From: the human T2T-CHM13v2.0 reference genome, Homo sapiens
Assembly: GCF_009914755.1 (NCBI RefSeq)
Contig: NC_060929.1
DNA: 64,000 bases
Reading direction: 5' to 3' (one strand)
Each line of letters starts with the position of its first letter. Within the stretch, counting starts at the first letter, position 1. This document shows positions 13,881 through 26,241 of this stretch, piece after piece. The notes beneath the pieces were generated by a model. The model saw nothing but the letters and a program-made list of their open reading frames with translations. It had not been told where the DNA came from and searched no databases. The translations under genes and the position numbers were made by a program.

Positions 13881-16800
13881 TCAAAAGGGGGATTTTCTGC
13901 ATCTCATCCCACAGCGTGTGTGCCTTCCACACAGTCAGGGTCCTCACTATGCATGGTCCCGCATCTCAATGCCTACGTGAGGACCTGATGGGTTTTCTTT
14001 TTAATTTTTATTTTTTGGCAGTTTTGGCTCTTGTCCCTGCCCCATTCCCTCACCTGTGACAACTGATGCTTTATAGTTAGAGGGCATGTGATTTGGAGGC
14101 TGGCAACTGGGGACCACATCCTGGGGCCATCTTCCTCAGAGAGAGATCATGGAGGGGACGTGACCTGCCCAAGGTGTGTGGGGCAGTTTAGGAATGAGAC
14201 TGCTTTTGGTTTCTTCCTTTCTCTTCTCTTTTCCTTCCCTTTCCTTCCCGTGCTCCCTTCCTTAATTAGATGTGTTTCAGAAGATCTATTACTGATATTG
14301 ACTAATCCTTGATTAAAATAAATGCAGTTTTACTTAAACACTGAGTCACCTAGAAACTGCCTTTAAAAAAGTCAGAGGAAACAGCTCTCTACACAGGATG
14401 ATTTGTGGGGCAAAAATAACCAAGCCCACAAAGACCTTCTTTGTCTGTGGCTGGGGTGGGCTGGGGAGGGGCATGGAGGCAGCTCTAGTTCCTGCTAGGG
14501 CATTCTTGCTCCAGCTTTTTGCATAAACACCCCAATAATCTCTGAGGCCCTCCTTACACCTCAGCCACTCACTGCCTGTCTGGCTGGGAGGCTGAGCCCT
14601 GCCGTTCCTCTTACACCCATTTCTAAAGTGCTGGGTTGTAATTGGAGGATCCTCCTGGGAAATTCCAGGAGTCCTTAAAAAACTGGTACTAGAAGAGAGG
14701 AAAAGCTGAACTCAGAGGCAAGGAAGTCAGTAAAAGGAGGTTGAATTTTCATGAGTGACTGAATGGATTGGCAGCAACTCAACCTTCCTGCCAGTGCAGA
14801 GGGGCACTGGGAGAGGTTGGCAGGAGCCATGCGTCTGGGTGAGGGGGCAGCTGGTCGCGCACCCCACCCTGTGGGCACCTGCAGCTGTGTCCAGCTCCGC
14901 AGGAGCTCAGGTGCCGTGTCCTTCTGTCAGGAAGCTCTCCCCAGCTCCCATAGCCCAGGGCAGTGCTTCAGAGCCTTGTTTACCCTCAACACTCACTTGA
15001 GAATTTATGGATGCCCAGAGCCCATCCTGGACCTTTTGAGTCTGAATTTTCAGTGACGGGCTTCAGAATCCATATTTACTGAGCATACTTGGTGACTATT
15101 AAGGCTAGGAATCCCTAGAGCACTCTGATTTTTAGGATAAATCTCTCTTTCCTTTGCTAGTGTCAAAGCTCCTCCCCAGCCAAACTTCAGTTTACCTTCG
15201 AGCTTATCATTCACACCCTCTGTAGGGTCTCTTTGCTCCTTGGGTCTGTGGTCCCCCAAGGCACCTCTCATGTCACTGAGTCATGTGATTCAGTTTGTCA
15301 CCCTTATATCTTCTATGTACAAATTCCTGTGCTAGCCACTGTGCAAGGCAGACATGCAGATCACGTGGCTCTTCCTGAACTTGTGCAGCTCTCAATCGAG
15401 TAAGGAAATGGATGTCCAAATAAAGTAGAATGAGAGGCAGAAGTGCCCAACAGACGTTACAGCCAAGTGCTGGGAAGATAAACATGGGTTGTTGCCACCC
15501 TCTCAAACCTATCAAAATAAAATCACGCCTCAATGCTCAGCTCTTGAAGCCATCACGGGTTTTGGATCCTGGATGCCTATTAGAATTCATTACCTGGAAT
15601 CCTTTAAAAAAAATACTGAGGCTTGAACCCCACCCAATGCCAGCTGGCCAGAAGTCCTGGGTACAAATGCAATGGCAGACAGGGAAGAAAACCATGCAGC
15701 TCAGACAGCTGCAGCACCTTCATCACTTGTAGGACAAGCCTGGAGCTGCAATGACTTGATCAAGGACTGAACCTCCCTGATCCACAGTGACCCTGTGTAG
15801 GTGGAGAGAATGCCCAGGCTCTGCTGTGAGGGAAGAGAGGTTCCAGGGGAGAGGACAAAGGCTGGGACTTGGGCCATCTCTGTCCCGAATGTGAATCTGG
15901 GGAGATGTGAGGGGCAGCCACTGTGTCGTATGAAGATTGGGGTTCTGTTGCTTGGAGAGGGAACCTCTGCAAGAACAACTGAGTCCTTAGCAAGCTCTGT
16001 GCCCTGTCACTCAACTGGGCTCTGCATCCAGTTCCTGTCTGCTCGCTGGTTCCTCGCTAACCTCTTCCACCTGCTGCCCCCTTCTCTTTGGTTCACCATC
16101 TTTCTCTTCCAGGAAAGTCTCTCTTCCTGCCTTTGCCCTTTTGCCTCTGGGTCTTCCCTAATAAAGGTTAGCCTTTTATGAGTTACTGCCACATAATCAT
16201 GAAGGGACAATATTTTAAAACCTGTTGACCACAGCTTTTAAAATTAGAATCCAATATTGCCCAGATGGTGGTGTTTATTAAACCACATCAAGTGTGTAAT
16301 TATCTCCTGAGACCTCACACACAGCGGTGCTCCAAGTCTCTGGTAAATCAGGATTAAGTTCTGGGAAAAATCAAATCACGCAAACAAGTGTTTATTAGGT
16401 GTCTGGATGTGCCTCGCCTAGGAAGTCCTGAGGCAGCGCACTGTCTGCATGGCTGGTTGAACACAGCCCTGCCTGCTCGCGAGAAAAGGCTGCTTCTCTC
16501 TTCCAGCCCTTGCCGATCCATCATGTCGTTTCATTCTCATAACACTGATTGGCTCACTGTAATTCTTAATAATCACTGCTTTCCAAAAGACACCATCCAT
16601 ATGCTTTCCACACTCCATGCGCTTTATCTTTTTAAGCCTGCTGGAATTACAGAAATAAGAGGCCTAAGAGGCCACCTCCATGCTTCTGAGATGGGTGGAC
16701 GTTTCCACAGGTACAGGGGGTTCCTGATCGTCACCCAGGGTTGGACTAAATGTGATAAGCAATGACAGTACACTAGAAGGATCAGCTTTCACAGAGCTGG

Positions 16801-17535
16801 GAGCGGGCCATTTATTTCAGTCAGATATTGGCCATTCATTTCTCATCATGTTGACAGTAAAGTCTGGCGTGGAGTTCTGCAACCATCATTCTCGCGGGTA
16901 GGGAGACCACTTTGCTGGGCAATGCTCTCTACCAGGTCCTCCCAGGTGTCATTTCAGAGAATAGGATTTCCTCAGCAGGGAGAGGGCAGAGAAGAGTAGG
17001 AAGAAAGCTTTCATAAATAAGAGCCTACATAGCTGTCATCTGTGTGGGTGCATATAACTTGTTATCCATCTTTCACTCTCAGAACAAAATCAAAATGCAG
17101 AAATCAAAATAAAAGTTTTAAAAACTAAACTGTGAGGAAAACAGCAAATTTATGCCATTTATATTACTAAATGGTGTGTTCACATTTGCCTTTCATCTTT
17201 CCTCTGATTTTTGGCATTTCTTAATGTGAATTAAAAAGGGTATAAAAATCAAGTATTTTTACGAATACAAGAAGTTCAAAATTTAAGCAATAGGAATGTG
17301 ACAAAATTAGAAAAAAATTAAATGGAATGACATGGAAGTTATAGTTGGCTACGATAATAATTTATCAGTGGCATCTGCCGGTTTATCATTAATAATGAAA
17401 AGCCAATTAGATGTGGAACAGTTATGAAAGCATCAGTGCTATGTGTCAAATGTATATCACACTGAAGGAAGAAAGCACATTTGGTCTCCTCAACTTTTTA
17501 TCCCAATTATGACAAAATGCAACTCAAACTATTTT

Positions 17536-17842
17536 TATTTTATTTATTTATTTATTTATTGAGACGGAGTCTCACTCTGTCACCCAGGCTGGGGTGCAGT
17601 GGCGCGATCTCTGCTCACTGAAATCTCGGCCTCCCGGGTTCAAGTGATTCTCCTGCCTCAGCCTCCCGAGTAGCTGGGATTACAGGCGTGTGCCAACAAG
17701 CCCGGCTAATTTTTGTATTTTTACTAGAGACGGGGTTTCACCATGTTGCCCAGGATGGTTTCGAACTCCCGAGCTCAGGCAATCCGCCTGCCTCAGCCTC
17801 TTAACATGCTGGGATTACAGGCATGAGCCACCTCGCCAGGCC
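17536..17842 (-). mobile_element. Alu (AluS-like)
   Basis: Alu consensus; TSD AACTCAAACTATTTT at 17521-17535 and 17843-17857. Confidence 0.96.
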
Positions 17843-18059
17843 AACTCAAACTATTTTAAGTTGGAAAAATTGTCCACGGAAACCCCGGATTTGCAGACAC
17901 ATGACAGTTTTCTTTATACTCGTTCCTCCTGAATTCAGGTTCATTACGTGCATGTCATGCATAAGAACCTGTTAGAGAAGGAGATTTGCTCTGAGTCTGT
18001 GTATACAAAACACAGAGTGGCCACCACAGTACAAAGAACAGATTCATTTCCTACTTCTA

Positions 18060-18401
<342 letters not shown>

Positions 18402-19100
18402 CTATGGTGTGTCAGAAGAGGTTCTTGAAGTTCTGCGCTCTCATGGAGGTGAACAGAGCCAAATGTGAATGAAGACACACCTCCTTCCCTCCAGAGAGCC
18501 TGGCGGGTAGGGCCTGCTTTCCTTCATGAATGTTGAATAAATGGTCCCTTTACAAACCCGCTCTGGTCAGAAGCTTCGACTTCGATGAAAATACGATGCT
18601 CAGAATGTTAGGGGACCCGGAAACTGTCTATTTTTTGCCGACCTGGTTCCAGCTCTGCCTGGCTCCCTCTTCCGCTGCCTCAAGATTTTCCACAAGGGTT
18701 TACCCCTTTGCTCCCAGGACCTATCTGTTGGCAACCAGAATCCAGGGCAGCGTCCTCCCTTCCCGTTTACCTGCCTGTGTCCTTTCCAGCCCCAAATGCC
18801 CACCCTCGCCTGTCTCCAAGCTGGTCTGCTCCAGGAATGATATTTTTCAATATAGAGCATATTCAAAATGCATCCTACCAAGCCTCCGTTAGGCTTCTGA
18901 CATCTAGTTAATATACAGAAAGCATCTATACTATTTTTCCTTATAAAAACCGCATAAATATATCACAGATTATTTTGTGAATTTACAAAGCATAAAGAAG
19001 AAAATAAAAATAGGTGGTAATTCCACCCTCTCCACCTGAGAGAACTCCTGTTAACCTGTCATGGTATTTCCTTCCAGTCTTTTTTTCTTTTTTAAATAGA

Positions 19101-19681
19101 TTTTATTTTTATCAAAGTAACATGTTAAATAGTACTAACATTATAGCAAAGAAAAGCAGTCACCTGCTCCACCCCCAAATCCTCCTTTACAGAGGCCATT
19201 GCTTTCAATTCTTTTAGATTTTTTATTTTTTTCCCCTGACAACATTTAGACTTTTAAGGGGCTCAATGCTTTGTTCTCTTGGGATTGTTCAGAGAATCTT
19301 GCCACACAGTTAGCACCTAGTAAGTAAGCTGGGTAATATCTTTTAAAATCATGCACCTCTCATTCTGGCTTTATCCTATCAGTCAAGTAGAACAGGAATA
19401 ACGAGAATTAGATACACAAAGATTAGTCTTGGTGTATCTAATAAGAATTAGGAACATGGAAATGAGTATGCATTTTGTTCTTTATTAATTCATCTATTTA
19501 TGTTTTCAATGATTTTTGATAGAGTTTTGAGCCCCTTAAAAGTCTAAATATTATCAGAAAAAAAAGCTAAAGAATTGAAAACAAGTGCCAATGTAAAGTG
19601 GGAACAGGGGCTGGGACAGTGCCTGCTTTCCTTTGCTATAATGTCAGTAATATTGGACATATTACTCTAATGGAAATAAAA
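19101..19681. repeat. Long imperfect inverted repeat (arms ~19101-19266 and ~19527-19681)
   Basis: Perfect 23-bp inner match ATTTAGACTTTTAAGGGGCTCAA / TTGAGCCCCTTAAAAGTCTAAAT; arms align by hand over ~160 bp. Confidence 0.9.
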
Positions 19682-19852
19682 CCAAACTAATGGATACCAT
19701 TATCTGCATTCTACAGGAAGAATTTGAGCCTTCGAAAGTAAATAGGCCACCCAAAGTCAAACAATACACAAGTTACAAAAAACATATTAATACTAACGTG
19801 GCATTCTAACAAGTGCTTGGAAGGAAAAACCAAGCCGGATTAGGGGATAGAC

Positions 19853-20122
19853 GAGCAGGGGCGGGGATAGAGGAGCGGGGTGGGGGGAGATGGAGGAGCT
19901 GGGACAGGGATGGAGGAGCGGGGGCGGGGACGGAGGAAGGGGGCGGGGATGGAGGAGCGGGGGCCGGGGAAGGAGGAGGGGGGCGGGGAAGGAGGAAGGG
20001 GCCGGGGAAGGAGGAGGGGGGCGGGGAAGGAGGAAGGGGGCGGGGAAGGAGGAAGGGGGTGGGGAAAGAGGAGCGGGGGCCGGGAAGGAGGAAGGGGGGC
20101 GGGGAAGGAGGGGCGGGGTGGG
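19853..20122. repeat. G-rich minisatellite, ~19-20 bp unit GGGGCGGGGAAGGAGGARG
   Basis: Visible tandem units; purine-rich plus strand. Confidence 0.92.
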
Positions 20123-20169
20123 TATAGAAAAGTAGGGGTGAGGATGCTGGCATCTCTATTTTGTGGAGT

Positions 20170-21900
20170 GGGGTCAGGGAGGTGCTGTCGGGAGCCTTAA
20201 CGTTGCAGAAGGACCTGCAGATGACAATTGAACCAGACCCTGGTGACACAGATCTTGGCTTCCCAGCCCACAGAAGAACAGATGTGAAGGCCCTGGGTGG
20301 GAACGGCTTCGCTGGTGTGAGAACAGGCTCCTGGGACTGAATAGGCGTGAGCAGGGGGCCAGGAAGACAGGAAAGCTCTGGGTGTCCAGGACAGTTTGGG
20401 GAGGAGTAGCCACAGCAAAGCTGCTTGGGAGGTCACTCCCCTGGACAGAGGAGAGATGGCCCAGGCTTGAAGGGTGCTGGTGGTGGGAAGCGTGCAGATC
20501 TGGTATCCACACTGGAGGGTTTGCTGGTGGCATGGCTATTGGTGTGGGAAAGAGGAATCAAGCCTTACCGCAGTGCTTCTGGTGTGAACCACAGGGGCCT
20601 GAGGTCCCCTTCACTGAGCCAGGAACAATGGGAGGGAGGGAAGCAGCTTTAGGGAGTGGAACTAGGACTGCCTCATGGGGACGTATATGGTTACCGAAGA
20701 GGGACAGAGAAGGAAGCAGGATCTGCAAACTGGGATCTCAGGGCTGGAGGCAGAATTTTGGACGTCAGCATATAGATATTATTTAAAGCAAAGAGAATGG
20801 ATGCAAACCTGTAAGCGAATGCAAATAAAGAAAAGCAGAAGGCAGAGGCTGAGTCAGCCTGAGGACATTCCAATATTGAGAGGGGTGCAAAGAGTAGGGG
20901 AAGCTTCAAAGGAGACCAAGAAGGAACCCAGTGAACTACAGGAAGCATCAGGAGGGTGTGACTGTGGCATCAGGCAAGACCAAAGGAGCAATGCGTGAGG
21001 AGGAGAAGGAGACCAACCGAATACCGAGGAGGACCAAGAGCTGCCTGGTGGTCTGGGAGGAAGGAAGTCCTCGTGACGGGGACAAAAGTGCTTTCTTTGG
21101 TCAGGTTGGTAAATGTCTAACTCCAGCGGTCCCAAAAGATAATGAGAATTGGTGAAGGGGAGACAGTGAGTACAGACAAGCCTTTGGCAAAGTTTTATTT
21201 TAAACGGAAATGGAGAAATGGGCTTGAAGAGAGTGAGGGCTGGAGAGATGTTTTCATAGATCACCTAGAAGATATTGCAGTATTTCGTGTGCTGATGGGA
21301 ATGACTGAATGCAGAGAAGGAAAAACCTGGGGACATAGGAGAGAAAGGGAAAAATGGCAGGAAGAACATTCTCAAGACAGGAAAGGTGGATAAGATTAAG
21401 TGAGCAATGGGGTCACTGCCCACAGAAACAGACTGTGGCCATGGACATGGGGAAGAGACTGGTAGATGGGGTGACAGGAAGATAAGGATATTCACTCTTG
21501 ATTTTTTTGTTTTTTGCATTTTCTTATGGAAAATGAGAAGAAGTGAGGTCATCTGCTGAGAATAAGGAAGGGTTGGAGCTTAGAGAACAGAGAGAAGAGA
21601 GAAAGGGAAGGGAGGAAGGAAGGGGACGGGGATGTGGAGTGGTCCTTGAGTTGGGTGGGGAGCGAGCTGACTGGCCAGGGCAAGTGGCCGGGGTGCCGGA
21701 CAGGGCTGGAGGCTGTGGCAATGAACCAAAAAGGAGCTGACTGGTCAGCATCCGTGTGTGCCTCTCTCCAGCCACAGTCAGCTGCCCTAGGGCAGGTGTG
21801 GAGTGGGTAGAGTTGATGGGTCATCAGGCAACTTGGAGAGAGACAAGGGAACGTCACGGAAGCTAAGCCCAGTAGGGAGGAAAATGTAGGTGCTAGAGAC
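20170..21900 (-). mobile_element. Highly degenerate L2 segments
   Basis: Purine-rich L2-like motifs ('gggctggagg...gtcagcatatagat...atttaaagc', 'gaggtcatctgctgagaat'). Confidence 0.55.
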
Positions 21901-22179
21901 GATATGGAGAGTGTATATTGATCAGGGTACTGGTGGGCTTATGAGGGCCACAGGCTGTTGGGAGGATACTTCACAGGTGCTGGGGGTTTTCTTGAGGGAG
22001 GGGAGCGGAGATCCTTCTCAAAAGAGCAATGAGGAGGGGGCAAGAAAGACGACTGCTCCAAGAAGGACGTCTGTTCCACCTCCAGGGTGGGACACAAGGG
22101 AGGGAGGGTGGGTGGGAAATTAAACAGCCCTCGAGGAGGGGGCTCGGGGGGCTGTGTCCTCAGGGCCGACAGGAGATGA

Positions 22180-22521
<342 letters not shown>

Positions 22522-22936
22522 AATTTTGCTGATTTTTAACCACAGGTTAAAGAGGGAAAAGAAATGGGAGGTGGACAGAAGACAGGTGGAATATATGGGG
22601 GATAACTGGCTGCTCAGAGCCTTTGATCGAGGGGTCCAGGTAATGATGGTCGTCCCAGGAGGCTTGGGTGATTGTGACAGCTGAGGTGATGAGAGATGAA
22701 GGGTGTAAGTTACAAATAAATGCCTCCTTAGGGAAGGGTGGGGGTGGTAGGTAGGTATCACGGCAGGAGAAAATGTCTCCACTGGAGTTCTGTGGGGTTC
22801 TCTGAAATCCTCCGGAGGGTGGAGGCAAACACAGAGGAGGAGCAGTCTTACCAAAAACACGTTCAGGATGGAAGATATTTCAACAATGTATGTGTCCATT
22901 ACTTATGTATGGGAACGATTAAAAACATTTTTTTTA

Positions 22937-23281
<345 letters not shown>

Positions 23282-24255
23282 CTAAATATGACTGAATGGG
23301 GACAGATCATTTTATGTTTGTCTCATTGCAATGTAGAAGGTGTGCTTTGGGATTCCAAGTAGTGGCTCGGGACAGTCGTTTAGTCAAAACCTTGGCTTCT
23401 TTGGCTATGAATGTGATGATATTCTGTGTGGTATTAAAGGTGAACAAGGTACTTTACAATGTGAATATTGGCTAAATATTTATTATGTTCTAAGACCTAA
23501 GGACACACTAGACCTAAATGTGGCACAGCTGTAGGACTGGTTTCACTTGGTGAGACATCAGTAGGTTTGTTAGCATTGCTCTCTTATGCAGGTGATTGGA
23601 GATATGTGTTGCTCAGCAACTCAGATTTCATGATGTTTAGACTATACTGCAACCATTTAAGTATTTACATTTCTGGAAATGTCAGAAAACTGAGTGTAAT
23701 AACAAAATTGCTTACAAAGGAACTCCTATATGGATGCACTCAAAAAATTTTCAAATCCTTCATAAAATCAAATATGGAAAATGCAAATGCCTGGCAGAAG
23801 TGTGGTCCCGCAGGTAACTTGTCTGTATGTGATTGGGTTAGTATACAACTGAGGGTGATGACAGCGGAGTGTGGTGGGAGAAACGGAGAAGCAATCCCTG
23901 ACTCAGACCCTCTGAGGATGGCCAGGGACTGCATGCCTGTGGGTATAGGCACTTTGAATGGAGGGGAGAAGGGAGCTTAAGGAATGGGGCAGAGTAAACA
24001 CCCAATAAATATCTTCGTTAGAGCTGTTTCCTGACCCACAGCTCAGAAGCCCCAGGAGGAACAGAATACCTTCTACACTGCAATGAGACAAACATAAAAT
24101 TTGTGTGCTGTGAGAAGAGGTGATCTTCTCCATCTCCCCTCTCTCATTCATCGATGCAGAGTGAAGGCTACAGTGACCAAACTGCACAACTTCAACACTG
24201 CTATGCTCAACAATGCCCAGAAAGGACTTTAAAACTTTAGTTCCGATGCCACATA

Positions 24256-24590
24256 CAGTTGGCCCTCTGTATCTGTGGGTTCCACATCCATGGATTTCAC
24301 CAACCTAGGGTGGAAAATATTCCAAAACATATTGTCTGTACTGAACATGTACATGTTGTTTTTTCTTGTCATCCTTCCCTAAACAATGCAATTATTTTCA
24401 TAGCACATTGTATTAACATTACATATTATAATTAATCTAGAAATGATTTAAAGTTTACAGGAAAATGTGCGTAGGTTATATGCAAATACTGCACCATTTT
24501 ATTAATACAGCCGGGACTTGAGCATCTACAAATTCTGGTATCCTTGGGAAGTCCTGTAACCAATTTCCCACAGATATAGAGGAGCAGCTG
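24256..24590. mobile_element. MER2 (TcMar-Tigger) relic
   Basis: 'cagttggccctctgtatctgtgggttccacatccatggattt...gggacttgagcatc...ggtatcc...gtcctgtaaccaatttcccacagata'. Confidence 0.8.
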
Positions 24591-25865
24591 CCAAATGTCA
24601 TGGAAACTCATGGAACACTAGATGCTAGAGGCTAGGGTGCAGCTGGCCCATGGCATAGATCAATCACCACTCATTACAAACACCTTGAGCACAAATCTCA
24701 TGGCCTTCCTCATCTTTTATTGTATAAAATCTTTAGTCATTCAATTAAAATAATGTTTCACTTTTTAAATAAGAAGGGAAAGTTATTGCTAAGCTGACAT
24801 TCCTTCTATTCCACTAGCCATGTATATTTTTGTTATCTAGCCAGCTAGCAATCAATCTATTATTCATTTACTTCCCACTGTCACTCAGAATGGCTTGGAG
24901 GTGGTTCACATAAATATATACAACTCGGGCACATATCATTTCAATCATTATTTGCCTCTTTAATCACTGTATTTTCTTGTTAAAATATCAACTTATTGTA
25001 GGCCAGAGACTTCTTTTGTGAATTCTGTTATATTGGGCATTTTACCTTAGCTCTTCTTTGCACCACCTGTACAGCTCATAGGGGTTAGATAAGAAAGCCC
25101 AGGGAAGAAGCAGGGAGAGTGAAGAATCACCACGGTAACCGGGGAAGGGCCATGAATCCTTCCTATTGATGATAAAGAACTCTTTTACTATCTGTCGTTC
25201 ACCTTCAACAGACTGACCCACAAGTTGTGCCCTTCAGCTGAAGACGCAGCTAAGCTGTCAAAAATGTGATATGATATCTGTGCCTCAAATTGGTTTTTAT
25301 TTTTAACACATTACACTTAAAACTGGAGGTTGTTAAATTGTTCCAAGTATATAGAGATAGAAATCCAAAAAAGAAGATGAGTTCAAAGTCACTGAACTTT
25401 AAATTGCCACCAGGAACAATCTGATGTTCTTTATCTTACACCCTTTAGCTGTCCCTCCACCACTTTCAGCCTCTGTGCTCAAGTTTTCAATGTGTTTCTT
25501 ATGAAACTTTATTATTCCCCAAAGCTACAATCGTCCACACGGGCATTTCCAATGTGCACGACAATCGGGCGATGTTCATCCCCACAGCCCCACTACCATC
25601 GGTCTTCACGGTATTTCTAGGACGTGGTCAGTCTGTTTAGTTGATACAGGTCTTCTTTTTATGGATTTCGACGGCCCTGAATCTATAACACTCTCCATTT
25701 TATATTTCTGAACATCCTGTAAACATCGCCAAGAAGAATGTATTACTAGAGAGACTTCTACTAACAGTTTGAATGAGGGGACTAAGTAGCTTTCATTCGG
25801 ACTGGTCTACAGGAGGTTAGGACAACACACACTTGAGCCACAGCTTCTTATTCTAGAAATTGTGT

Positions 25866-26241
<376 letters not shown>

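Noticed and set aside
19806-20249. Pro-rich and Gly/Arg-rich ORFs in several frames
   Set aside because: Products of the stop-free G-rich minisatellite.
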